A stretch of 64,000 nucleotides of DNA from IMG/VR virus record IMGVR_UViG_3300027805_000006; one strand, given 5' to 3'. Both the position numbers and the translations under genes were made by a program. Below, in pieces: positions 56,475-64,000 of the stretch. The first letter of the stretch is position 1. Every line of letters starts with the position of its first letter. The stretch is from a virus (lineage: Duplodnaviria; Caudoviricetes). The notes beneath the pieces are model-generated. The model saw only the letters and a list, made by a program, of their open reading frames with translations. It searched no databases and was not told where the DNA came from.

Positions 56475-58721
56475 TTAGATTATAGATATAAAATCATCCG
56501 ATTTCAAAATTTCTGAAGGTTTAACCTCTACCAATTTGCCATCTCGCTCAACCATAATAGAGTGGTCATTTGTTACTTCCACAGTCTTTCCATCTTCAAG
56601 AGTAACTCGCCACCGTGCTTTAGACACTTTGTGTCTGTATACGGCTTTCACATTCATGTATTCGATATTATTTTTTGAGAACGACAGCGCTTTCAAGTTG
56701 GTTAATCCTTCACCAAATTGCTTACCATTTTCTCTTTCGGTTTTAATTGGACACGCATGGAAGAGCGCCTCGAGCGCCAGCGTACCATAATTAGTTTTGA
56801 CTTCTGATTGACCAATAAGAGAGTCAGTATCACCATAAATTACGGTGTTGCTGTCTGCAATATACGTATGCACGAATTTACCGTCAGCATCAACTTCAGA
56901 GTGCTTTTCCATTTTCATTGGAGCATCTGGTTCAAGCAGCGAGTGGATAGTTTCCATCATGTGGGTAGTAATCGCTCTACCGCAGGCAGTAACTGATGCG
57001 CCTAGTTCTTTTCTACCAAACCTGAAATGCGGAGATAGAAGAGCGCCGTATGTTGAGTTCAACTGAATTTTTTTCGTAAGTTGCAAAAGGTCGTAATGCT
57101 CCACCTGTCTCTCAGCGTGAGAGAGGGCGGCTGCATCGCTACCTTCTTCCTTCAACTTCTTTGCCTTCTTCGCCCACTTCTTTTTCTCAGCCTGAAGTCT
57201 CTTACGCTCGGCAAACCAGAAGGTGAGGGTATCCGGAACAATTCCTAGACCATTTCCTTGATCGAACACGCTGCCATACGCAGAGACTGCCCACTTCTTT
57301 TCTGCAAACAGTTTACGCCAATCATCTCCAGATGCTTCAAACACTTCACCGTCATCGAAGCGAAGAGAGTGTGGAAGACTATCTAGGTCAACCATAATTC
57401 CACGCCAATCAACTTCACCGTTCATAAACTGTCCCACAAACTTTTCAGGTGAGATGTTTATGGAGCGAATAACCGACGGGTACAGTGAAGTGATGTCAAC
57501 CGATCCAATCCACTCGTGCATTCCGATGTGTGGGTTTAGAACGAGAGCACCCTCAACTTTGTCTTCTTCAACAGCAGGTCGCTTGTCAGGAACAATCAGG
57601 TTATGGACGTTATGTGTGCGAACCGCAATTCCAGTTTCAACGTAGCGCACAGTGCCAAGTAGGTCTGCAAAAAGCACGCAGTTTTCGTGCGCCATCTGAT
57701 TTACTAGTTGAATAAATTTGAACTTCTGATCAAGGTCAACTAGTCCGCTGACGTCACGTATGTTATAGACGGTAAACCTTCTAAAATCATTTTTATAGAG
57801 TTGCTCTAGTGTGCCCTCATAGTGAATTTTAGATAGCCCTATTTCTTCTTGCAGAATATTTCCAAGTGAATATGACGTTCTTCCCTCGAAGGTAAACTTC
57901 TTGAATAGGTCAAGATAGTCAAGGTGGGTTCGCCCACTGAGCACGTAGATCTGTTCCTGTGCACCAAATCTTTCAACTTGCTTTGGCTTTGGAGGAGGGC
58001 ACCCCATGAAACACAACCTGTTAAGAAGATGTGGTGCCTGAAGTTCAATGCGCTTCACAATATAGGGTAAATCATAGAACTCGGAGTTCCATCCACTAAT
58101 AATATCAGCGTCTTGAATATCTGCAATTAGACACTCAAGCAGTTCAACTTCGTGCTTACAAATTTTGATTGTCAGATTTTCTACGGGTTTTAATTCGCCC
58201 TTCTTAGTTAACTCTTCAATTTCAGCATAGAGATCTTCCTCAGTTCCTGCCCAAACTGTTTTATCATCCTTAATGGGGCGCAGCACATATGTGTTGTAGC
58301 GCTTCGACCAGGATTGGAAGATAGTTACTGCATTGATGCGCGCATATGCATTAGCAGGACCAGCAAATCCTATCTTTGACGAATAATCAACCTCAATATC
58401 GATAAAGGCATAATTGACGACTGGAGTTGGAACGTCGTAGTATTCATTCATCAACACTTTGAAAAGTGGAGGAATGTCACTTTCATACTTCTTCGCATAT
58501 TGTCTTGATGCCTGCTTAAACTCATCTTCAGTATCAAAATCAAGACGCTCAAGTATCTGCCCATCGATACCTGCATACTTCCCCTTTTCACTCGGGGCAT
58601 AGAAGTAGTATGGGATATCAAAGAAACGACGCTGGCGCCCATGCTCGTTTCTTTCCCAGACAACAATCTTGTTGTTGTCCCAGTCGCGAACTGCGCCTAC
58701 ATATGACATTTTATTGGTCAC
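56475..58721 (-). CDS. gp43: Family B DNA polymerase N-terminal half, fused to split-intein N fragment
   Basis: Exonuclease motifs FIDIEVD, ISGWNSEFYDLPY, YNIRDV; motif A SVDITSLYPS; motif B KKIQLNSTYG; motif C YGDTD directly followed by intein. Confidence 0.95.
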   Translation of the reverse strand: MTNKMSYVGAVRDWDNNKIVVWERNEHGRQRRFFDIPYYFYAPSEKGKYAGIDGQILERLDFDTEDEFKQASRQYAKKYESDIPPLFKVLMNEYYDVPTPVVNYAFIDIEVDYSSKIGFAGPANAYARINAVTIFQSWSKRYNTYVLRPIKDDKTVWAGTEEDLYAEIEELTKKGELKPVENLTIKICKHEVELLECLIADIQDADIISGWNSEFYDLPYIVKRIELQAPHLLNRLCFMGCPPPKPKQVERFGAQEQIYVLSGRTHLDYLDLFKKFTFEGRTSYSLGNILQEEIGLSKIHYEGTLEQLYKNDFRRFTVYNIRDVSGLVDLDQKFKFIQLVNQMAHENCVLFADLLGTVRYVETGIAVRTHNVHNLIVPDKRPAVEEDKVEGALVLNPHIGMHEWIGSVDITSLYPSVIRSINISPEKFVGQFMNGEVDWRGIMVDLDSLPHSLRFDDGEVFEASGDDWRKLFAEKKWAVSAYGSVFDQGNGLGIVPDTLTFWFAERKRLQAEKKKWAKKAKKLKEEGSDAAALSHAERQVEHYDLLQLTKKIQLNSTYGALLSPHFRFGRKELGASVTACGRAITTHMMETIHSLLEPDAPMKMEKHSEVDADGKFVHTYIADSNTVIYGDTDSLIGQSEVKTNYGTLALEALFHACPIKTERENGKQFGEGLTNLKALSFSKNNIEYMNVKAVYRHKVSKARWRVTLEDGKTVEVTNDHSIMVERDGKLVEVKPSEILKSDDFISII
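56478..56822 (-). mobile_element. Split intein N-fragment (115 aa, Ser1)
   Basis: Block A SLIGQSEV; block B VEVTNDHSIMV; ends at a stop codon. Confidence 0.92.
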
Positions 58722-59043
58722 TGTTATATTCTAGTTGAGCATCGCCCATAATTAGTTCAACCATGGATAGTTGTTGCTCGAGCCCTTCACGACGCTGCTG
58801 ATAGTCATTATTGAAAACACAAGAAACATAACTATTGAACAGTTGTGGCTTGAGAGAAAGATCTTCAAGAGCTGCCTCGCGCAGCGCCTTAATTGTCTGC
58901 TGCTCACCTGCAATCTTTGCCTTGCACTGTACTGCCTCATCTACTAGATTTGACAACTTTGACTTCATTACGGGGTCTCGCATAATCTCTTCAATAGTAC
59001 GAAACTTCTTCTGCTTTACTTCTACCAATTGACGCTTTGTCAT
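58711..59043 (-). CDS. dsbA: DsbA-like double-stranded DNA-binding protein
   Basis: Start reassigned to 59043 (AGGAGA RBS; TGA-TATAAT at 59075-59083). L..LVDEA..KI..IK.L..KP.LFN pattern. Confidence 0.6.
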   Translation of the reverse strand: MTKRQLVEVKQKKFRTIEEIMRDPVMKSKLSNLVDEAVQCKAKIAGEQQTIKALREAALEDLSLKPQLFNSYVSCVFNNDYQQRREGLEQQLSMVELIMGDAQLEYNSDQ

Positions 59044-59116
59044 GATTTTCTCCTGTGAAAATGACAGTATAGGTATTATATCAAAATACCAGAAAAAGAA
59101 CACCTTGCGATAAAGG

Positions 59117-59572
59117 TTAGTTAAGTGATATCTCTTTTGCTTCTTCCGACGAAGCAAACAAGCGCGCCTGACCCACGGCACTTATGTGACCTGTTTTTTC
59201 CATATTTTTGCGGTATATCCAAAGCCTTGATATTTCTCCAAGCTCCCAATCCTTAGATAAAGTTGGAGTTCCAGAGTGCTGTGGGTTTACCTCTGATCCA
59301 ACTTTAAAATCTTCCTGCTGCAGATTGTATTTCTTTACTACTTCTTCCATAAGTGATCTGCAAGAAGAAGCGCATTCATCAAATGATGAAAATTTCCTTG
59401 AGCCGCAAGAAAAGGTATGGATGCCAGGATATTTCTCCTGGAAAATGTCAATACCTAATTCTTCCGATTTTAACTTAATAACGGCAGTATAGGTGAATGA
59501 CCTTGCAAATCGTTCAGTTTGGGAGAAATTGTTCATATGATGATATGATTTCGCTGTATGCTGGTAATTCAA
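59117..59572 (-). CDS. Hypothetical protein (likely start 59536)
   Basis: Contiguous ORF. Confidence 0.6.
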   Translation of the reverse strand: MNYQHTAKSYHHMNNFSQTERFARSFTYTAVIKLKSEELGIDIFQEKYPGIHTFSCGSRKFSSFDECASSCRSLMEEVVKKYNLQQEDFKVGSEVNPQHSGTPTLSKDWELGEISRLWIYRKNMEKTGHISAVGQARLFASSEEAKEISLN

Positions 59573-59972
59573 ATGGATGGAACTGTGCTAAAAACACACC
59601 AATTGGCTTATCATCCTTTTTCATCTCAATATGCTTGACTGTAAATGGATTTCCATTGAAACCAACAAATCTAAGATTATCAGACTTCATCTGTGCGTCA
59701 AGTACTGCATCAACTTCATCAAGGCTCTGTGGAATAAAAATAGGATTAAATTTTTCCGAAAATGAAATTTCTTCCGGCAGAACTGCTCTTACCTTCCCAG
59801 CAGTATCATCTAGGTTATTAAGGGCTTCTATGTCAGTGCTAAAATCGTTTGACATAATGGTCAATTCAACAACATCAGCAGCAATGGAAGGAAATAATTC
59901 CTGCATCACACTCTGTGCTGCTTCATCTCGAAAAAAGCCAGTAAAGAAGCAGGGTGTTGGCGCTTCAATCAT
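59514..59972 (-). CDS. Hypothetical protein, 152 aa
   Basis: Contiguous ORF. Confidence 0.6.
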   Translation of the reverse strand: MIEAPTPCFFTGFFRDEAAQSVMQELFPSIAADVVELTIMSNDFSTDIEALNNLDDTAGKVRAVLPEEISFSEKFNPIFIPQSLDEVDAVLDAQMKSDNLRFVGFNGNPFTVKHIEMKKDDKPIGVFLAQFHPFELPAYSEIISSYEQFLPN

Positions 59973-61141
59973 ACGTCAGGGCCTACTACTATTTTTCCTT
60001 CTACAAGAATCTGTTCATCGACGCCGGCTATACGTGTTTTTATGGTTGGCTCTAAATTAAATTTCATAATGCGTGCTGCTGGGAAGAATGTTTCTAGCGA
60101 GGTCTGCGTAACTTCAAGCCGCAACTGACCTTCAACATTATGGTATTTTAGATAGTCTTTATTTGAGTCAAGGGAAGAAAGTGGGATGAAGATATTTGAA
60201 TATCTATCAAGTTTTGTATATGGGCTTCGTGCGAGCAAAAAAGCCGTATCTGCATATGGAGCAGTAGGACCACTTCCAATCGTAATAACTGGTGTTGAAG
60301 CAGATGGGAAAAGAATAGTGTCTTTGTTCAACTGAACATTATTCTCAACATCAAAAGTAAATAAGTAGTAGTTTTCCCAGGCACTTGAAGTTGAAGAAAA
60401 TATCTGAATATGAGATACGTTTTCCCAAGCGCCAGTGTTTATGCGATTTGGGTCATCCTTGTTGCGGTTAAAGATAAGCGACTCAACAATTGATGGTTGC
60501 ATCTTTGAAACAATAACATCAACTTGATATGTTCCAACAGGAAGGACAGGAGTATTGAACTTAACGGTATTTGATGGAACAGAAGAGGTAGGAGTTCCAT
60601 CATCTAGTTGATAGTCCTGTGGCCCAAGCCCCTGTTCAAGTTTTACACCATTCAAATAGACTTCTACAACATCTGGGTCTGATCCCCAAGCAGTAAATTT
60701 TAGTGTCTTTTGCGTAACTGCGTCCTCAACCCCCGCAAGTGTTGAAAATTCACTTGCTCTTCGGAAGATATATTGCTTGTACTCCTTGGGAGTATCGTTC
60801 TTAGTCTCAAGCACCAGCATTGCTGTGTCAGTCACGAGAGGTGCTGTAGCAAGTTTTACTGCCAGCACCAATTGCTGCTTAGTTCCTGTTGATGTATCAA
60901 CAAGCACTTCTGCCTCTAATTCATACACCGTGTCTTTACTTTGCCCGCGCGGGTACCAATCAACAACTCCTACTTCAGGTGTAGAGGTAATTTCACGGTT
61001 ACTGCGGTATTCTACTGGAGAAAGTTTGCCTCGGCAATTTAGAGTAATTACGCACCTGTCTGGAGTAAATCTGGAGTTATCAACTAATCTGTCAATTGTT
61101 CTCCTGCAGGTATCACATTCAAGTCTAATGTATTTTTTCAT
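59969..61141 (-). CDS. Hypothetical beta-rich protein with N-terminal Cys4 motif, 390 aa
   Basis: LECDTC..CVITLNC; VEVYLNG Ig-like strand pattern. Confidence 0.65.
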   Translation of the reverse strand: MKKYIRLECDTCRRTIDRLVDNSRFTPDRCVITLNCRGKLSPVEYRSNREITSTPEVGVVDWYPRGQSKDTVYELEAEVLVDTSTGTKQQLVLAVKLATAPLVTDTAMLVLETKNDTPKEYKQYIFRRASEFSTLAGVEDAVTQKTLKFTAWGSDPDVVEVYLNGVKLEQGLGPQDYQLDDGTPTSSVPSNTVKFNTPVLPVGTYQVDVIVSKMQPSIVESLIFNRNKDDPNRINTGAWENVSHIQIFSSTSSAWENYYLFTFDVENNVQLNKDTILFPSASTPVITIGSGPTAPYADTAFLLARSPYTKLDRYSNIFIPLSSLDSNKDYLKYHNVEGQLRLEVTQTSLETFFPAARIMKFNLEPTIKTRIAGVDEQILVEGKIVVGPDV

Positions 61142-61377
61142 TTTAGCGTTACTGTTCTGTACCGCCTAAGAATTACATTGACGTCATTGCAGTTGAAGGC
61201 ATGTCCATTTTCAAAATTTACAACCTTCACACACTGCCCTGCATCGTCTTGATGAACTTCAGGCAATAGTCTAGTGTCAAGATACCAGGTATTTATGGAT
61301 ACTAGTACTGATGTAACGGCTGCCATCGCCAGTGTAAGAATCAACAACTGAAGTGTGTTTATTGTTACGAAGCGCAT
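61138..61377 (-). CDS. Small membrane-anchored protein
   Basis: N-terminal hydrophobic helix; AAGGAG RBS. Confidence 0.65.
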   Translation of the reverse strand: MRFVTINTLQLLILTLAMAAVTSVLVSINTWYLDTRLLPEVHQDDAGQCVKVVNFENGHAFNCNDVNVILRRYRTVTLK

Positions 61378-61396
61378 GTTTATCTCCTTCTTTTAT

Positions 61397-61630
61397 TTAC
61401 TTCAATGATAGGAGAGAATTGCTATTAGATGGACTTGCATTTTCCATAACCTTGAACAAAGAACTTAGAGGTACCCATCGCTTCCACGACCCGTCATCTA
61501 CACTTGCAGGTGTAATTTCTACAAGTTCCTGTTTTTTATTTCCCACCGCCCTTACTGCAATTCTTCCAGTAAGTTTAACTTCGCCGTCCTGATAAACATA
61601 ATGTTCTTCTAAATTAGGTGCTGAGTTCAT
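61397..61630 (-). CDS. Hypothetical protein, 77 aa
   Basis: Contiguous ORF. Confidence 0.6.
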   Translation of the reverse strand: MNSAPNLEEHYVYQDGEVKLTGRIAVRAVGNKKQELVEITPASVDDGSWKRWVPLSSLFKVMENASPSNSNSLLSLK

Positions 61631-62228
61631 TGAGCGCCATATTCATTAGTTGTCTAACAGATCGGGCGACTGTGAGTGTCATCCGGGCATCATCCAGCGC
61701 ATTGTGCTTCTCAGCACGACCACCAATAAACATCTCAAAAAGTTCAGTTGATTTGAACTTTCCAACAGTGATAAAGCCAAGCGCGGAAGTATCAAGAACA
61801 ACATGATGCAACTGAGGCATTACGTTAAAGGGCTTTAAAAGTTGCTCCATGGCAGCGATATCAAACCATGGGTTGTGACCAAGGAAGGCAACTTTCCCAG
61901 TGCCAAAGTGTTCTAGGATGAACTCGGCCAATTCGACAGCAGCATCTTCTGGGCTTAGTCCATTTTTCTCTAAATCGTCTTGAGTGATACCATGAATTTT
62001 TTCTGCTTCTTCTGTCCATGCATACTTTGAAGCATCAAACTTTACCTTGAAATAAAGTTCCTTAATTGGTTCAAACGTATCAGATGTCGCTATAATTGCG
62101 CCAAATGAAATTGCCTGGTACTTTGAAAAAGTATCTTCGTATGAACCAAAGGTTGAACCTGTTGTCTCTGTGTCTAAACATAGCACTAGAGAACCAATGC
62201 TGTTTTTACTATATGACGGCTTATTCAT
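61614..62228 (-). CDS. DEDDh 3'-5' exonuclease (DnaQ/RNase T-like)
   Basis: LCLDTETTG; FLGHNPWFD; VLDT; HNALDDA. Confidence 0.9.
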   Translation of the reverse strand: MNKPSYSKNSIGSLVLCLDTETTGSTFGSYEDTFSKYQAISFGAIIATSDTFEPIKELYFKVKFDASKYAWTEEAEKIHGITQDDLEKNGLSPEDAAVELAEFILEHFGTGKVAFLGHNPWFDIAAMEQLLKPFNVMPQLHHVVLDTSALGFITVGKFKSTELFEMFIGGRAEKHNALDDARMTLTVARSVRQLMNMALNELST

Positions 62229-62836
62229 ACCTTCTCCAGGAAAGAAATAATTTCATTCTTTCTACCTTCAACCGTTTGTTCGGTAAGCGTCATCTTTTTA
62301 AGAAGTAGAAGTTCTCGCTGTTCTCCAAACCGCTGAATATCCTCAAAGATACCTTCAACAGTTGACTTGCTTGCACGTGCCGGGTCATTTTGCCACTTCA
62401 TATGCGGCATAAAAGGGAGAAGAACAACACCAGAATACACCAATTTCTGTGCCTCGATGCATTTCTTGCAATACTGTGCTAACCAAACTATGGCATCTTC
62501 AACTTCCCAATTGTTTCTATCTACATGTTTCCATGCCCAATGGGTAGCATAAGCAGCAATATCCGCGAAGGTTCTTTCGGTAAAGATAAATTTATTATCT
62601 ACAACGAATCTTAAGTTACTGTCCTGCTTTAGTTTCTGAATCAGAACTTCTTCTTGAAATGCGCACATAGATGCAACGTCATCCATAACGCTGTCAAGGT
62701 TCTCCCAAGAGAGTTGCTTCTGCACCTCACGAGAGACTTTGAAGTCATCAACGAGGTACCCATCGCGCCTAAGAGCCTCAAGCACTGTGCTCTTGCCACC
62801 ACCATGCGCACCAGAAATACCAATTACCCTAGCCAT
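62225..62836 (-). CDS. P-loop nucleotide kinase-like protein (AAA_28/NMP kinase)
   Basis: VIGISGAHGGGKST; IFTERTFADIAAY. Confidence 0.8.
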   Translation of the reverse strand: MARVIGISGAHGGGKSTVLEALRRDGYLVDDFKVSREVQKQLSWENLDSVMDDVASMCAFQEEVLIQKLKQDSNLRFVVDNKFIFTERTFADIAAYATHWAWKHVDRNNWEVEDAIVWLAQYCKKCIEAQKLVYSGVVLLPFMPHMKWQNDPARASKSTVEGIFEDIQRFGEQRELLLLKKMTLTEQTVEGRKNEIISFLEKV

Positions 62837-62837
62837 T

Positions 62838-63197
62838 TCAGACCTTACTAATTAGTTTTTGCAGAGGCTTGAGATCACGTTCGAGTTCCTTAGACGTAAG
62901 GTCTTTTGCTTGAAAACCTAATTCGTCAAAGTTAAACTGTAGAAAATGAAACGTCAGGACCCGCTTTGGTTCTTGATTTAGAAACATCATAGGCGCAGTC
63001 GCCCATGAACCATCTCCACGTTCGTTGAGAGAATATGTGGTGATGTTTCTCTCGTATAGAAAATCTTTGACAAAATCTAGGAGGTTATGCCCTCGCTTTA
63101 GGAGAATAATACCACGTGATGTAATGGATTCCATTCGCCCACCATCCATTCCTGTGATACTTGTCCCTACAACTTTTATCAACTGACGTTGTTTCAT
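62838..63197 (-). CDS. Hypothetical protein, 119 aa
   Basis: First gene of the minus-strand block. Confidence 0.6.
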   Translation of the reverse strand: MKQRQLIKVVGTSITGMDGGRMESITSRGIILLKRGHNLLDFVKDFLYERNITTYSLNERGDGSWATAPMMFLNQEPKRVLTFHFLQFNFDELGFQAKDLTSKELERDLKPLQKLISKV

Positions 63198-63285
63198 AAT
63201 TATATGTGCATTTAAAAATAGACTAGTTAATTATATCTGTTTCTTAACCTGTGTGTGACAAAAACAAGGTTGTTTTATGCAATGT

Positions 63286-63293
63286 TATAAATA
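63286..63293 (+). promoter_or_regulatory. Late promoter TATAAATA
   Basis: Upstream of the 63300/63327 ORF. Confidence 0.7.
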
Positions 63294-63299
63294 AATGGT

Positions 63300-63740
63300 A
63301 TGCATTTATACTCAAGGCTACCTGAAATGTCACACATTACTTTCAAGGAATTTAATCAATTCCTTTCTGAATCAGAAAAATCAGATACAGAATTTGCAGA
63401 TTATCTGGAAGAAGGTTTCTTCTCTGATCTATTTGCGAGTAAAGAAAGCAAAGACCAGAAACGCGTTGAGAATTACAAGCACCTTTTAGCACACACGGAC
63501 CCAAAAGTACGTCGTGAGGCTGAAAGAGGTCTAAATCTGATGGTCCAAAAAGGCAACTTGCAAGCAAAGGCCCTCGCAGCCTCAGCTGAAAAAGCGCAAA
63601 GGGCAAAAAAGACACTAGATAAGGCTAAATGGGATCTTGCTAGAGCAGAGGTTGAAGCCGGAGAGCAAGGCGAATCTTCTGCATGGAGAAGAGAAGCAGG
63701 TTCCATTAAGAGAGCTCCCATTAACAGAGCCCGCGCGTAA
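63300..63740 (+). CDS. Probable capsid-internal protein (likely start 63327, MSHITFKEFNQFLSE)
   Basis: Leader resembles the T4 internal-protein capsid-targeting sequence; late promoter. Confidence 0.6.
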   Translation: MHLYSRLPEMSHITFKEFNQFLSESEKSDTEFADYLEEGFFSDLFASKESKDQKRVENYKHLLAHTDPKVRREAERGLNLMVQKGNLQAKALAASAEKAQRAKKTLDKAKWDLARAEVEAGEQGESSAWRREAGSIKRAPINRARA

Positions 63741-63741
63741 G

Positions 63742-63894
63742 TTACTTTCTGGTCAGCCAGAACAAGCGGATATCAACCATAATGAGTTGAAGTTCAGTCT
63801 TCAAAAGATTAAACTTGCTGGAAATCGCCGAGGCAGCATATTCAACATTGGTCTTCACGGTATCTACCAGCCAGGTTGCAAATGCTCTTTCCAT
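63742..63894 (-). CDS. Small 50-aa protein missed by the ORF track
   Basis: MERAFATWLVDTVKTNVEYAASAISSKFNLLKTELQLIMVDIRLFWLTRK; AGAGGA RBS; TGTACT-N17-TACAAT promoter upstream. Confidence 0.6.
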   Translation of the reverse strand: MERAFATWLVDTVKTNVEYAASAISSKFNLLKTELQLIMVDIRLFWLTRK

Positions 63895-64000
63895 TTTAGT
63901 TCCTCTTTGTTAGTTCTGTTTCGATGGTATTATTGTAGTCAATCTAGCCAAAAAAGTACACATCTTTTTGTGTAAAAGTGTTACTTTTTGTACACAACTA

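Noticed and set aside
58711-59181. 156-aa ORF start at 59181
   Set aside because: Upstream part overlaps the previous gene and the promoter; RBS supports ATG at 59043.
61138-61377. Holin
   Set aside because: Single TM helix, far from lysis genes, with a Cys-containing periplasmic-like tail; insufficient support.
120-63975. Many 60-230 aa ORFs antisense to or nested in real genes (e.g. 31631-32332, 42413-42799, 55786-56268, 59497-60060)
   Set aside because: Shadow frames of biased-codon genes, with no RBS or protein motifs.
1-64000. Stop-codon reassignment
   Set aside because: Genes are long and densely packed under the standard code; no fragmentation needing read-through.
1-64000. tRNA, rRNA, reverse transcriptase, integrase or transposase genes
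   Set aside because: No recognisable motifs; intergenic gaps are short. A tRNAscan/Infernal run would be needed to exclude atypical RNAs.

Overview
This is 64 kb of an AT-rich, T4-related jumbo myophage genome in the standard genetic code; spanins indicate a Gram-negative host. The minus strand at 1-2400 carries gp47, a free-standing homing endonuclease and the gp55 late sigma factor. The plus strand at 2525-38538 is a late structural block under (T)ATAAATA promoters: baseplate (tube initiator, gp53, hub, gp5, gp25, gp6), 2973-aa and 1500-aa giant virion proteins, fibre proteins, spanins, an M23+GH108 hydrolase and PAAR. The minus strand at 38542-63197 holds probable head-internal proteins and then the replication genes (gp41, gp61, RNase H, clamp, family B polymerase, DsbA, DEDDh exonuclease, kinase). 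Highlights: (1) the DNA polymerase is fractured at YGDTD/S by a naturally split Ser1/Ser+1 intein, with a free-standing endonuclease gene between the halves; (2) an 836-aa probable capsid-packaged polyprotein has small KOW/SH3- and Zn-like modules bounded by three identical 18-bp repeats encoding QDVAEG, a likely prohead-protease site; (3) a KxDG ligase-fold protein and a HIGH-type nucleotidyltransferase carry capsid-targeting-like leaders; (4) a perfect 14-bp inverted repeat sequesters the primase start around an apparently leaderless promoter; (5) a ~65-aa fibre module occurs seven times in six genes. All family calls come from motif recognition by eye; no searches were run.
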